The position numbers and the translations under genes were made by a program. Of a stretch of DNA of 64,000 nucleotides, positions 8,572 through 18,570 are shown piece after piece. The notes beneath the pieces were generated by a model. The model worked only from the letters and a program-made list of their open reading frames with translations, did no database searches and was not told where the DNA came from. Source of the stretch: Zhengella sp. (lineage in GTDB: Bacteria > Pseudomonadota > Alphaproteobacteria > Rhizobiales > Rhizobiaceae); NCBI GenBank assembly GCA_050304175.1, contig JBNLDE010000219.1, positions 11,545 to 75,544 of the forward strand, in the 5' to 3' direction. Numbering within the stretch: position 1 is the stretch's first letter; the number at the start of each line of letters is the position of its first letter.

Positions 8572-10413
8572 TTAATACACCCGCGCCTTGGGCGCGATTT
8601 TTTTCAGGTCAATGCCGCCTTCGGCAACCGTCGTCAGCGGATCGGTGTGTACAGGCCGGTAGGTCAGCTTGACCTTGCCCTTGGCATCGACCGTGGCCAG
8701 CGTGTGCTTGCGCCAGTTCTTGTCGTCGCGGTCGGGGAAATCCTCCTGCGCGTGGGCACCGCGGCTCTCCTTGCGGGCTTCGGCCGAATACATGGTCGTC
8801 ACCGCGCAAGCCATCAGGTTTTCCAGCTCCAGCGTCTCGACAAGGTCCGAATTCCAGATCAGCGACCGGTCGGTGACCTTGATGTCATCGAGGCCTTTCC
8901 AGACTTCGGAAATCCGCTTGCAGCCGTTCGACAGCGATTCGTCGGTACGGAAGACGGCGGCATCCTCCTGCATGGTCCGCTGCATACGGTCGCGCAGCTT
9001 GGCGGTCGACGTTCCACCATCGGCATGGCGTAGCTTGTCGAAGCGGGCGACGATCTTGTCGGACGCCGCCCCGTCGGGCTCCGGCACCTTGGACGAACGA
9101 TCGACGACCTGTCCGGCCCGGATGGCCGCGGCGCGGCCAAGCACGACAAGGTCGATCAGAGAGTTGGAGCCGAGGCGGTTGGCGCCGTGCAGCGACGCGC
9201 AGGCCGCTTCGCCGACCGCCATCAGGCCGGGAACGACACGGTCCGGATCCTTGGCTGTCGGATTGAGCACTTCGCCCCAGTAATTGGTCGGCACGCCGCC
9301 CATATTGTAGTGGCAGGTCGGGATCACCGGGATCGGCTCGCGCGTCACGTCGACGCCCGAAAAGATGCGGGCGCTCTCGGCGATGCCGGGGAGGCGCTCG
9401 TTGATGACTTCCGGCGCCAGGTGGCTGAGATTGAGGTGGATGTGATCCTTGTTCGGGCCGACGCCACGGCCTTCACGGATTTCCAGTGTCATGCAGCGCG
9501 AAACCACATCGCGACTGGCGAGATCCTTGTAGCTCGGCGCGTAGCGCTCCATGAACCGTTCGCCCTCGGAATTGGTCAGATAGCCACCCTCGCCGCGCAC
9601 GCCTTCTGTGATCAGGCAGCCGGCGCCGTAGATGCCGGTCGGGTGGAACTGGACGAATTCCATGTCCTGCAACGGCAGGCCGGCCCGGGCAACCATGCCG
9701 CCGCCATCGCCGGTGCAGGTGTGGGCCGATGTACAGGAAAAATAGGTACGGCCGTAACCGCCGGTCGCAAGCACCACCATCTTGGCGTTGAACCTGTGGA
9801 GCGTGCCGTCATCGAGGTTCCACGCAATGACGCCGGTGCAGGTGCCGTCCTTGGCCATGATCAGGTCGAGAGCGAAATACTCGATGTAGAATTCGGCATT
9901 GTGCTTCAGCGACTGGCCATAGAGTGTGTGCAGCATGGCGTGCCCGGTACGGTCGGCGGCCGCGCAGGTGCGGGCTACCGACGGCCCTTCGCCGAACTCG
10001 GAGGTCATGCCGCCGAACGGGCGCTGATAGATACGGCCTTCCTCGGTGCGCGAGAACGGCACGCCGTAATGCTCCAGCTCGTAGACGGCTCGTGGCGCTT
10101 CGCGGGTGACGTATTCGATGGTGTCGATATCGCCGAGCCAGTCCGATCCCTTGACGGTGTCGTACATGTGCCACTGCCAGTGATCGGCGCCCATGTTGCC
10201 GAGCGAGGCGGCGATGCCGCCCTGCGCGGCAACGGTGTGGCTGCGGGTCGGGAAGACCTTGGAGATGCAGGCGGTCTTCAGCCCCTGCTCGGCCATGCCA
10301 AGGGTAGCGCGGAGCCCGGCGCCGCCGGCGCCGACCACCACCACGTCAAAGGCGTGATCGACGAAGGCGTAGGCCTTGCCGTTGATTGAGGGCGTCGTTT
10401 CTTTTTTTGCCAT
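8572..10413 (-). CDS. sdhA: Succinate dehydrogenase flavoprotein subunit
   Basis: 613 aa with FAD-binding [24 protein letters not shown] (covalent FAD His) and the HGANRLG motif. Confidence 0.97.
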   Translation of the reverse strand: MAKKETTPSINGKAYAFVDHAFDVVVVGAGGAGLRATLGMAEQGLKTACISKVFPTRSHTVAAQGGIAASLGNMGADHWQWHMYDTVKGSDWLGDIDTIEYVTREAPRAVYELEHYGVPFSRTEEGRIYQRPFGGMTSEFGEGPSVARTCAAADRTGHAMLHTLYGQSLKHNAEFYIEYFALDLIMAKDGTCTGVIAWNLDDGTLHRFNAKMVVLATGGYGRTYFSCTSAHTCTGDGGGMVARAGLPLQDMEFVQFHPTGIYGAGCLITEGVRGEGGYLTNSEGERFMERYAPSYKDLASRDVVSRCMTLEIREGRGVGPNKDHIHLNLSHLAPEVINERLPGIAESARIFSGVDVTREPIPVIPTCHYNMGGVPTNYWGEVLNPTAKDPDRVVPGLMAVGEAACASLHGANRLGSNSLIDLVVLGRAAAIRAGQVVDRSSKVPEPDGAASDKIVARFDKLRHADGGTSTAKLRDRMQRTMQEDAAVFRTDESLSNGCKRISEVWKGLDDIKVTDRSLIWNSDLVETLELENLMACAVTTMYSAEARKESRGAHAQEDFPDRDDKNWRKHTLATVDAKGKVKLTYRPVHTDPLTTVAEGGIDLKKIAPKARVY

Positions 10414-10427
10414 CGGTCAGTAGTCCT

Positions 10428-10811
10428 TCACGCGCCGAATGCCATCTTGAGCAGGGCGAAGACGGAAATGAGCGCGAGGGCGCCCGTGAAAAAGCTGTTG
10501 AGCATCAGAAGCGCAAACTTCATGCCCTCGCCGAAGATGTAGTCCTCGATGATGACCTGCATGCCAAGCTTCATGTGCCAGAAGACGGTTGCCAGCGCGG
10601 CGATCGTCAGCAGCGAAATGAACGGATTGGCAAAGGTGGCGCGCACTTCCTCGTAGGATGCGCCGTTGAGAACGATCATTAGGACGATGAAAAAGATCGT
10701 CAGCGGGATCGCGGCGACAGACGTCAGCCTTTCGTACCAGAAATGGCTGGTGCCATCCTTGGCGGATCCGAGCCCGCGGACCTTGCCGAGCGGTGTGCGC
10801 ATGTCGGTCAT
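10428..10811 (-). CDS. sdhD: Succinate dehydrogenase membrane anchor subunit
   Basis: 127 aa starting MTDMRTPLGKVRGLGSAKDGTSHFW, with 3 TM helices. It lies between sdhC and sdhA. The longer track ORF upstream is out of context because it overlaps sdhC. Confidence 0.9.
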   Translation of the reverse strand: MTDMRTPLGKVRGLGSAKDGTSHFWYERLTSVAAIPLTIFFIVLMIVLNGASYEEVRATFANPFISLLTIAALATVFWHMKLGMQVIIEDYIFGEGMKFALLMLNSFFTGALALISVFALLKMAFGA

Positions 10812-10822
10812 GATGTTCTCCC

Positions 10823-11221
10823 TCAACGCGCCATGTAGCCGATGATCCAGACGACCAGGGTCAGGACGATCGAAGTCGCGATTTGCAGTTTGGCGACTTT
10901 GGTCGCAAAGTTCTTCTCGAAGCCGTATCCGAGATCCCAGGCGAGGTGCTTGATGCCGCCGAGCAGGTGGTGGATCAGCGCCCATGTGGCGCCGAAAAGG
11001 ATCAGCCGGCCGACGAACGATCCGTAGATGGCGTTGACCCATTCGAAATAGGCCGCGCCCGAAGCCGCGGCCATCAGCCACCAGACAACGAGCAGCGTGC
11101 CGAAATAGAGCGCCGCGCCGGTGACGCGGTGAAATCCTGACATCAGGTAGGTCGGAATGAATTTGTAGATCTGGATGTGCGGCGAAAGCGGCCGCGCGCG
11201 CGGCGTCGTATCCTGGCTCAT
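10823..11221 (-). CDS. sdhC: Succinate dehydrogenase cytochrome b556 subunit
   Basis: RPLSPHIQIYKF...SGFHRVTG is the SdhC signature. Start set at the ATG at 11221, which has GGGGGA just upstream. An alternative upstream start is at 11266. Confidence 0.9.
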   Translation of the reverse strand: MSQDTTPRARPLSPHIQIYKFIPTYLMSGFHRVTGAALYFGTLLVVWWLMAAASGAAYFEWVNAIYGSFVGRLILFGATWALIHHLLGGIKHLAWDLGYGFEKNFATKVAKLQIATSIVLTLVVWIIGYMAR

Positions 11222-11433
11222 ATGTCCCCCGTCGGGCTGCGTCGGACATTCAGCGCCGGTTTGCATGCCTGCGCCGAAATCAGGTCTGGTTTAGCGGCCT
11301 TTTTGCACTGCGTCAAAGTGTCGTGGCCCGATTCTGACCTAATAATCCGCGATCGCCCGATCCGATTGAACCGGGCGAACCTGTTCAATCGATTAGAAAT
11401 TTTGGGAATAGCGGGTGGCCGATGCCAATCCAG

Positions 11434-11772
11434 CTAGCGTCGGCAGGTCAGCGGATGTTTACCGGTCACGAACCAGAGCGCCTCGCGGCCGTCGAGGATC
11501 AGCGCATAGGGCGGATCGCCATAGCGGCTGGTCGAATCGGGAGGTGATGCGGGCAAAGTGACTTCGACCCCGCGCGGGGTCTGGAGCTGCACCGAGTTGC
11601 CCCTGTTCTCGACCCGCAACGTACCGCCATCGTCGCACTGGTAGGTTGCCATGCGCGGCGCACGCATCCCGTTTCCGGGATTCTGGAAGCCCTCGGAAAC
11701 GCATCCGGTCAGCGCGGCCGCGAACGCGGCAAGACAGAGGGAGCGTGTGGCGGCGAAGCGGATATCCATCAT
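11434..11772 (-). CDS. Small lipoprotein, MliC-like (C-type lysozyme inhibitor fold?)
   Basis: Lipobox LTGC. The pattern YQCDDGGTLRV...SRYGD..YAL...GREALWF...LTC resembles MliC-family proteins. The family assignment is tentative. Confidence 0.6.
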   Translation of the reverse strand: MMDIRFAATRSLCLAAFAAALTGCVSEGFQNPGNGMRAPRMATYQCDDGGTLRVENRGNSVQLQTPRGVEVTLPASPPDSTSRYGDPPYALILDGREALWFVTGKHPLTCRR

Positions 11773-11965
11773 GAATCACTTGATAAGCTTTGGCGCGACC
11801 GAGGGGAAGTGGGCAAATGACAACGTCCGAAGGTTGAATCAGGTGCTGAAGCGCCGGTCCCGGCCAAGCTGCCTCCCACGGCAGACGATCACGCGCTCGT
11901 GTGGCGGCGTGAATTGCATTCGCGGGTGGCGAGGATAGTCTCCCGGTAAAAATACGGAGGCTTAC

Positions 11966-12616
11966 ATGAGGCAAATTGTAATGCGACTGGCCATGGCGGC
12001 TGGGCTTGCGATGGTCGCCATCTCGCCGCTGCGCGCGGCCGGTACCGAAACGGCACTGTTTGCCGGCGGCTGTTTCTGGTGCGTCGAATCGGACATGGAC
12101 GGGGTTGCCGGCGTCACGAAGACGATTTCGGGCTACGCAGGCGGCACGACCGCCAATCCGACCTATCGCACCTATCACAATGGCGGACATCGGGAAGTGG
12201 TCCAGGTGGAGTTCGATCCGGCGAAGGTGTCCTACGGAGATCTCGTCTCGATTTTTCTCAGGACGATCGACGTGACCGATGCCGGCGGGCAGTTCTGCGA
12301 TCGCGGTCATGCCTATTCGACGGCGATCTACGCGCTTGACGACAAACAGGCCGCGCAGGCCAAGGACGCGATCGCCGATGCCGGGAAAGTGCTCGGGCGC
12401 GATATCGTCACGCCGGTCGAAGGTTCAGCCAAGTTCTGGCCTGCGGAAGATTATCACCAGAACTATTACATGAGCCAGGTGCGCCAATTGACCCGTTTCG
12501 GCTATGTCACGCGCGCGTCTGCCTACAAGGGTTACCGCAAGGGCTGCGGCCGCGACGCCCGCGTGCGTGCAGTGTGGGGCGACGAGGCCTACAAGGGCGT
12601 CCATCACGGATCGTGA
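11966..12616 (+). CDS. msrA: Peptide-methionine (S)-S-oxide reductase MsrA with an N-terminal signal peptide
   Basis: GGCFWCVESD catalytic motif, and HREVVQVEFDP. The N-terminal hydrophobic leader MRLAMAAGLAMVAISPLRAAG suggests export. Confidence 0.93.
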   Translation: MRQIVMRLAMAAGLAMVAISPLRAAGTETALFAGGCFWCVESDMDGVAGVTKTISGYAGGTTANPTYRTYHNGGHREVVQVEFDPAKVSYGDLVSIFLRTIDVTDAGGQFCDRGHAYSTAIYALDDKQAAQAKDAIADAGKVLGRDIVTPVEGSAKFWPAEDYHQNYYMSQVRQLTRFGYVTRASAYKGYRKGCGRDARVRAVWGDEAYKGVHHGS

Positions 12617-12631
12617 CCAGAGTTCCGGTCC

Positions 12632-13291
12632 TCAGACCAGCGCTTTCAGCCGGGCGGTGACGTCTTCGTCGACGGAGACGGAATCGGCCTCGGCCGCCGA
12701 CAATGCGATGGAGATCTGCTCGGGCTTCTCGACGCCGAGAATTCTCGACGTCAGCAGCGTGGAGCGCAGCCCTTCCAATGCAGATTCGCCGCCCTCGTAG
12801 TTCAGGCGGGCCGCCTCGGTGGGATTGCCGCTGGTTCCCAGAAACGCAACCTGCAGGGGAACGCCGCGTTCATGCGCGGCCAAGGCGAGGAAAGGCACGA
12901 TCAGCAACGTGCCGTAATCGGGGCCTTCGATGCCCAACGGGAAGGTCAAGTCGTCGAAACGCTCATGCAGGAATATTCCGGCCAGGACCGGCTCGGGAAA
13001 ACGGACAGTACCGCTTTCGAGGATTTCGGGTTGGGCGGCATCGAGATCGAACCGGCGGACCTTTTCCAGACGGACTGCGAATGCTTCGAGGCCGGGAAGA
13101 CCGTGGCGCTCGAGCCAGACCACCATCTCGGCGGCCGCTTCGGCAAGATCAGCCGGGTAGCCGTTGGCGATCGCCGCATCACGGCACAATGCGGCGATAT
13201 CGTCGCAGCTTAACAATTTCTGCACGGCGCAAGGCCCTTCCGGTCGGAATGATCGAGGCCGCGCGATAACAGCTAAGGCGCGGCCGATCAA
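12632..13291 (-). CDS. Hypothetical protein, co-oriented 5 nt downstream of the YHYH gene
   Basis: Coding-like GC3 bias and no recognised family. The track start at 13291 is a TTG. A GTG at 13225, preceded by GGAAGGG, is a plausible alternative. Confidence 0.55.
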   Translation of the reverse strand: MIGRALAVIARPRSFRPEGPCAVQKLLSCDDIAALCRDAAIANGYPADLAEAAAEMVVWLERHGLPGLEAFAVRLEKVRRFDLDAAQPEILESGTVRFPEPVLAGIFLHERFDDLTFPLGIEGPDYGTLLIVPFLALAAHERGVPLQVAFLGTSGNPTEAARLNYEGGESALEGLRSTLLTSRILGVEKPEQISIALSAAEADSVSVDEDVTARLKALV

Positions 13292-13295
13292 GGTT

Positions 13296-14270
13296 CTAGC
13301 GGTCGCCGTGACCTATCCATTGTTGCGGATTAGCCGGGCCCCGACGCGGCAGGCGCGGCGCGCCGAAGCGGCGCGGCGGCCGATTGCCCATCCCGGCGAA
13401 CCTTGGTGGCTTGCGCCCGTTTTGCGCGGTGCGGACCGGTTGTCCCCGGAAGCAGCCGATCGAGTAGGGATACTCGTCGGTCATAACGTAGTGGTAGATT
13501 TTCGTCGGCTTTCCGTTCCACATCACCGTGCTGACGCGGCCGTGGCAGGCATCGAGATCGGCATTGGTCAGGACCTTGCCGTTTTCGCCGTATTTACCGA
13601 AAATTCCAAAACCGTCGAGGGCATAGCCGAGAAGATCCGACTGCCCGCCGGGCCCGCTGCGGGTGTCTTTGATGCAGGGCGAGAGATCGTGATAGTGATA
13701 CTGGCCGGAGCGCTCGGGATGGCCTGAACATATATCCTGAATCTCCCAGGCGGGTGCGTCGCGACCGACTGCGTCAACCGCATTGAACAGCGCCGCGCCC
13801 GACAACATGAATCCGATCATACCCATCGGAACGCAAGACGGGCTCGCCGCCTCCTGCGGGAGCGCGGGCAGTTTCAGGAGTATATCCTGTTCGGTGATCG
13901 AGTTGGGATTCCGGTCATAGCGATACGCGTCATCGGCGCTCGCGACCGGAAACTGGCCGGTCTTGTGCTTCGGCAGGTTGTTGGCCCGCACGACGCGCTG
14001 GTTGCCCTCCAGGCTGACGGTAATTTCAGAAGGCCACGGTATCGAACCGTCCACGGTCGGCTTGGCGTTTGGATCATAGCTCGTCGAACCGATCCATTCG
14101 CCCTTGCGATGGGCGCCCCCTGCGTTGGCATTGAAGTGCTGTTGGCAGGAAAAGACGTAGCCGCGCTTGGCGCTGGTCGAAATCTTACCGTCGCCCAAGG
14201 GGCGCTCATGGGCAGCGGCCTGTGTCACCACCAGGGCGATCGCAGCGGCAAGCGCAGCTGTACGTTTCAT
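13296..14270 (-). CDS. Secreted YHYH-domain protein
   Basis: Signal peptide MKRTAALAAAIALVVTQAAA. It has GQYHYHD and IYHYVMTDEYPYSIGCFRG motifs typical of the YHYH family. The C-terminal 45 aa are unusually Arg/Pro-rich. Confidence 0.8.
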   Translation of the reverse strand: MKRTAALAAAIALVVTQAAAHERPLGDGKISTSAKRGYVFSCQQHFNANAGGAHRKGEWIGSTSYDPNAKPTVDGSIPWPSEITVSLEGNQRVVRANNLPKHKTGQFPVASADDAYRYDRNPNSITEQDILLKLPALPQEAASPSCVPMGMIGFMLSGAALFNAVDAVGRDAPAWEIQDICSGHPERSGQYHYHDLSPCIKDTRSGPGGQSDLLGYALDGFGIFGKYGENGKVLTNADLDACHGRVSTVMWNGKPTKIYHYVMTDEYPYSIGCFRGQPVRTAQNGRKPPRFAGMGNRPPRRFGAPRLPRRGPANPQQWIGHGDR

Positions 14271-14375
14271 GATCTTTCTCCTTCACGATTACGTGAAGAG
14301 GATCACCGCCTCAACGTAACATTACAAGTTAAGCTTCGTTCACAAACTTACCGTTTGTCCATGTTCGAAGCGGCT

Positions 14376-15614
14376 TCAAATCGCTTCTCCGCGGAGCAGG
14401 CGCGGTATGTCCGGGCCGAAGCCGGCCGCCTGCCGGATGAAGTATTGCTTGAGCGCCGGCATGCGATCCACCAGTCCGAGTCCGATGTCACGCAGGGTCC
14501 GCAACGGCCCCAGATCGTTTGAGAACAAGCGGTTCAGCACATCGGTTGTCACGCCCATCTGGAACGTGTCGAAGCGCCGCCACGTTTCGTAACGCTCCAG
14601 CACGTCAAGGGTGCCAATATCCTGGCCGAGCCGATCGGCCTCGACGACGACCTCGGCCAGCGCCGCGACGTCGCGAAAACCCATATTGAGGCCCTGGCCC
14701 GCGATCGGATGCATCCCGTGCGCGGAATCACCTGCGAGCGCGAGGCGCGGTGCGATGAACGAACGCGCCAGGGTGAGGCCGAGCGGGAAGGCACGCGGTT
14801 TGTCCTCGACCTTGAAGTCGCCGAGCTTGAGGCCGAAACGCGTCTCCAACTCGACCTCGAAGATGAACGGGTCCTCGGCGACAAGGCGTTCGGCATCGGC
14901 GGTACGCTCCGTCCACACGATCGACGAGCGGTTGCCGGTCAACGGAAGGATGGCGAACGGTCCTGCCGGGAGGAAATGCTCCTCGGCGCGGCCTTCGTGC
15001 GGGCGCTCGTGTGCGACGGTGCAGACAATTCCGGATTGGCCATAGTCCCAGGACACGGTCTTGATCCCCGCCATATCGCGAAGCCGCGAGCGCACGCCGT
15101 CGGCGGCGACGATCAGGCTCGCTTCAAGCGTCGTGCCGTCGGACAGCGTTGCGGCAATCGAAGCTGGCCCGGTTTCAATGGCCTCCACTCCAGCCGATTG
15201 CCGGATTTCGACACCCAGTTCATCAGCCCGGCGGCGCAGGGCGCCGACCATGACCGCATTGGGCACCATGTGAGCGAAGGGCTGGCCGGGCGCGATATCA
15301 CCGGCAAAGGTCAGAAAGACCGGGCGAACGGGATCGGCGGTCCGCGAGTCGGTTATGACCATGTCGTTGATCGGCTGGGCATGGGGCGCAATCTCGTCCC
15401 AGACACCAAGTTGTTCCAGCATAGCGCTGGCCGCCGCGGCAATTGCCGACGCCCTCGGGTCTTTCTGCCACACGCCTGACGGTGCCGCGTCCACAACCAG
15501 AATTTCCAGGTTCGGGCGCGCCTCTTTGATCGCTACGGCAGCGGCGATGCCGACATAACCCGCGCCCGCCACCAAGATGTCGAACCGTGCCGGGGATTTC
15601 GGTTTCCTGGCCAT
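14376..15614 (-). CDS. UbiH/UbiF/VisC/COQ6-family FAD-dependent ubiquinone-biosynthesis hydroxylase
   Basis: N-terminal FDILVAGAGYVGIAAA Rossmann motif, plus the GDSAHGMHPIAGQGLN motif of flavin monooxygenases. Confidence 0.9.
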   Translation of the reverse strand: MARKPKSPARFDILVAGAGYVGIAAAVAIKEARPNLEILVVDAAPSGVWQKDPRASAIAAAASAMLEQLGVWDEIAPHAQPINDMVITDSRTADPVRPVFLTFAGDIAPGQPFAHMVPNAVMVGALRRRADELGVEIRQSAGVEAIETGPASIAATLSDGTTLEASLIVAADGVRSRLRDMAGIKTVSWDYGQSGIVCTVAHERPHEGRAEEHFLPAGPFAILPLTGNRSSIVWTERTADAERLVAEDPFIFEVELETRFGLKLGDFKVEDKPRAFPLGLTLARSFIAPRLALAGDSAHGMHPIAGQGLNMGFRDVAALAEVVVEADRLGQDIGTLDVLERYETWRRFDTFQMGVTTDVLNRLFSNDLGPLRTLRDIGLGLVDRMPALKQYFIRQAAGFGPDIPRLLRGEAI

Positions 15615-15704
15615 GATTGGACTCTGCCTCGCTTCGCCTTGACTTGCCTGCGCCTTCCTGATGGAAACCTTACCGCATTACAAGCATTCATCGAAAGGCC
15701 GCCC

Positions 15705-16580
15705 ATGTCCGCTGCGATGCAGGAACTGCTCTCAATTCTCGACCTGGAACGGCTGGAACACAATCTATATCGCGGGCGCAGCCCACAAGTCGGCTGGCAG
15801 AGGGTCTTTGGCGGCCAGGTGATTGGCCAGTCGCTGGTCGCCGCGCAGCGCACCGTGGCGGACGGCCTGCATGTACATTCGCTGCACTGCTATTTCATGC
15901 GGCCCGGCGATCCCGCGGTTCCGATCATCTACGAGGTTGACCGGATCCGCGACGGAAAATCCTTCGTGACGCGGCGGGTCAACGCGATCCAGCACGGTCA
16001 TGCGATCTTCTCGCTGATCGCGTCTTTCCAGCTGGACGAGGAAGGCCTGGAGCACCAGTTCCCGATGCCCGAGGACGTGCCGGCGCCGGAAACGTTGTTG
16101 TCGGAAAAGGAACTGATCAAGCAGTTTATCGATGCTCTGCCGGAAAACATCCGCCGCTACTGGGAACGCGAGCGGCCGATCGAGATGAAGCCGACCGAGA
16201 TCAGACATTTCGTCAGCCGCGAAAATCTGCCGCCCCGCCAGGACGTATGGTTCAGGACCACGGGGGCGGTGCCTGACGACCGCGCCATTCAGGCGGCCGT
16301 ATTGGCCTACATCTCTGACATGACCCTGCTGGACACTTCGACGTTTCCGCACGGTCGCGCGGTGTTCGACCGCGACATGCAGGTCGCCAGCCTTGATCAT
16401 TCGATGTGGTTTCACCGCCCGGCCCGGTTCGACGACTGGATGCTGTATACGCAAGACAGCCCATCGGCGCAGGGATCGCGCGGTCTGACGCGCGGTTTCC
16501 TTTTCGCCCGAGACGGGACGCTGGTCGCCTCGGTTGCGCAGGAAGGTCTGATTCGCCTGCGGCCATCGCCTAAAAAATAG
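15705..16580 (+). CDS. tesB: Acyl-CoA thioesterase II
   Basis: MSAAMQELLSILDLERLE.NLYRG.S...RVFGGQVIGQSL...HSLHCYF.RPGD and the double hot-dog layout. The ATG at 15705 was chosen over the upstream in-frame start at 15639. Confidence 0.9.
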   Translation: MSAAMQELLSILDLERLEHNLYRGRSPQVGWQRVFGGQVIGQSLVAAQRTVADGLHVHSLHCYFMRPGDPAVPIIYEVDRIRDGKSFVTRRVNAIQHGHAIFSLIASFQLDEEGLEHQFPMPEDVPAPETLLSEKELIKQFIDALPENIRRYWERERPIEMKPTEIRHFVSRENLPPRQDVWFRTTGAVPDDRAIQAAVLAYISDMTLLDTSTFPHGRAVFDRDMQVASLDHSMWFHRPARFDDWMLYTQDSPSAQGSRGLTRGFLFARDGTLVASVAQEGLIRLRPSPKK

Positions 16581-16698
16581 GCAAATAGGCTTTTTTGCAC
16601 ATATTTTACTCTTTTACCTTTTGTCTATATTTGGAGCCACAAACGCGCCCTTCTTTTTTCTTATTGTTATTCAATAACTTATATGTCTTTTGAGCCAA

Positions 16699-16716
16699 TT
16701 GGCACGGAGCTTGAAT
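16699..16716 (+). promoter_or_regulatory. Sigma54 (-24/-12)-like promoter upstream of glnK-amtB
   Basis: TTGGCACGGAGCTTGAAT has canonical TGGCAC-N5-TTG spacing, but the -12 element reads TTGA instead of TTGC. It lies about 80 nt before glnK and is preceded by an AT-rich tract (16581-16698). Confidence 0.5.
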
Positions 16717-16796
16717 GATCCTTCGCAATCGACTGTCGCGCGACAGGCAGCCGATGATGGGAAACGCGGGCAACCGCACAACGCGAAGGATGTTTC

Positions 16797-17138
16797 TTGA
16801 TGAAAATCGTGATGGCTATCATCAAGCCGTTCAAACTCGACGAGGTGCGCGAAGCGTTGACCTCCGTCGGTATCCAGGGCCTGACCGTGACCGAAGTCAA
16901 AGGTTACGGCCGCCAGAAGGGGCACACCGAAATCTACCGCGGAGCGGAATACGCGGTGAGCTTCCTTCCCAAATTGAAGGTCGAGGTCGCTGTGCCGTCC
17001 GACATGGTCGACAAGACCATCGAGGCAATCGCCGGGGCCGCAAAGACCGGGCAGATCGGCGACGGCAAGATCTTTGTCTACACCATCGACCAGGCGGTGC
17101 GCATCCGTACTGGCGAGAGCGATGGCGAAGCACTTTGA
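16797..17138 (+). CDS. glnK: Nitrogen regulatory protein P-II (GlnK type)
   Basis: MKIVMAIIKPFKLDEVREAL...TVTEVKGYGRQKGHTEIYRGAEY contains the T-loop Tyr. It lies directly upstream of amtB. Confidence 0.95.
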   Translation: MMKIVMAIIKPFKLDEVREALTSVGIQGLTVTEVKGYGRQKGHTEIYRGAEYAVSFLPKLKVEVAVPSDMVDKTIEAIAGAAKTGQIGDGKIFVYTIDQAVRIRTGESDGEAL

Positions 17139-17158
17139 TGTACAGGGGAAATGATCAC

Positions 17159-18499
17159 ATGATTCGCAAACTCACGACTGCGGGCGTTACCGCCCTCTCA
17201 GCCGTTGCGCTCGCCTTTCCGGCGCTCGCGCAGACGGCGACCGAAGCGGCGCCGGCCGCAGCCACGACGATGGACAAGGGCGACACGGCCTTCATGATGA
17301 TCGCCACCGTGCTGGTGCTGTTCATGATCCTGCCGGGTCTGGCCTTGTTCTACGGCGGCCTCGTGCGCGCAAAGAACATGCTGTCCGTGCTGATGCAGTG
17401 CACGATGATTACCGCGGTGGTGATGGTCGTGTGGACGCTTTACGGCTACTCGTTCGCCTTCGGCGGCGGCACCAGCCCGTTCTGGGGCGGCCTCGGCAAG
17501 CTGTTCCTGTCCGGCGTGACAATGGACAGCGAGGCGGCGACCTTTACGGATGGCGTGGTCATTCCGGAGTACGTGTTCATCGTCTTCCAGATGACCTTTG
17601 CGGCAATTACGCCGGCGCTGATCGTCGGTGCCTTTGCCGAACGTGTCCGCTTCAGCGCGGTCATCGCGTTCGTGGTTCTTTGGGTCACCTTCGTCTACTT
17701 CCCGGTCGCCCACATGGTTTGGGATGGGTCCGGCCTGCTGTTCAACCTCGGCGCGCTTGACTTCGCCGGCGGTACGGTCGTCCACATCAATGCCGGTGTC
17801 GCGGGCCTGATTGGCGCGATCCTGGTTGGCAAGCGTACTGGTTACGGCAAGGACATGATGGCTCCGCATTCGATGACCCTGACTATGGTCGGTGCTTCGA
17901 TGCTGTGGGTCGGCTGGTTCGGCTTCAATGCCGGATCGAACCTTGAAGCCAATGGCGGCGCAGCGCTCGCCATGATCAACACGTTCACTGCAACGGCGGG
18001 CGCGATTCTCGCCTGGTCGGTGGTGGAAACCATGGTCAAGGGCAAGGCCTCGATGCTCGGTGCGGCTTCGGGCATGGTTGCCGGCCTCGTCGCTGTGACC
18101 CCGGCAGCTGGTTCGATCGGCCCGGTCGGCGCCATCGTGCTTGGCGCGATCGCCTCGGCGGTGTGCTTCTTCTTCGTCGACGTGGTGAAGAACAAGTTCG
18201 GTTATGATGACAGTGCGGACGTGTTCGGAATCCACGGCATCGGCGGCATCATCGGTGCGCTGGGAACCGGCGTTCTGACGGCGCCGGGCCTCGGCGGCAC
18301 CGGTGGTGAGGATTTCTCCATCGCCTCGCAGGTGTTCATCCAGGCGGAAGCCGTCCTCGTGACCATCGTGTGGTGCGGCGTCATCTCGTTCATCCTCTAC
18401 AAGGTGGTGGATGCTGTCATCGGACTGCGGCCGAGCGTGGAAGACGAGCGCCAGGGTCTCGACCTCACCTCCCATGGCGAGGCAGCCTACCACAGCTAA
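17159..18499 (+). CDS. amtB: Ammonium transporter AmtB with signal peptide
   Basis: Start at the ATG at 17159, with AGGGGAA 9 nt upstream. Signal peptide MIRKLTTAGVTALSAVALAFPALAQ, DKGDTAFMM, 11 TM segments, and the VVHINAGVAGL and FGIHGIGG motifs. Confidence 0.93.
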   Translation: MIRKLTTAGVTALSAVALAFPALAQTATEAAPAAATTMDKGDTAFMMIATVLVLFMILPGLALFYGGLVRAKNMLSVLMQCTMITAVVMVVWTLYGYSFAFGGGTSPFWGGLGKLFLSGVTMDSEAATFTDGVVIPEYVFIVFQMTFAAITPALIVGAFAERVRFSAVIAFVVLWVTFVYFPVAHMVWDGSGLLFNLGALDFAGGTVVHINAGVAGLIGAILVGKRTGYGKDMMAPHSMTLTMVGASMLWVGWFGFNAGSNLEANGGAALAMINTFTATAGAILAWSVVETMVKGKASMLGAASGMVAGLVAVTPAAGSIGPVGAIVLGAIASAVCFFFVDVVKNKFGYDDSADVFGIHGIGGIIGALGTGVLTAPGLGGTGGEDFSIASQVFIQAEAVLVTIVWCGVISFILYKVVDAVIGLRPSVEDERQGLDLTSHGEAAYHS

Positions 18500-18570
18500 A
18501 CAGACCGGGCCGCGGCGGCAGCGCCGCGGCCCACAATTCCCGTCGCAGCGCCTTGCTGGTGCTGTTTTTG

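Noticed and set aside
8551-10389. Plus-strand ORFs of 160, 204 and 400 aa
   Set aside because: They are antisense to sdhA, which is certain from its FAD and active-site motifs. They are shadow ORFs.
11393-11408. Irr/ICE box (TTTAGAA-N3-TTCTAAA) upstream of sdhC
   Set aside because: TTAGAAattTTGGGAA matches the left half well, but the right half matches at only 4 of 7 positions. That is too weak to call without comparative data.
16715-17158. N-terminal extension of the 594-aa ORF that fuses the glnK region to amtB
   Set aside because: It overlaps glnK in another frame. AmtB has a proper RBS, ATG and signal peptide at 17159.
17198-18493. 431-aa minus-strand ORF
   Set aside because: It is antisense to amtB and is a His/Arg/Asp-rich shadow ORF.
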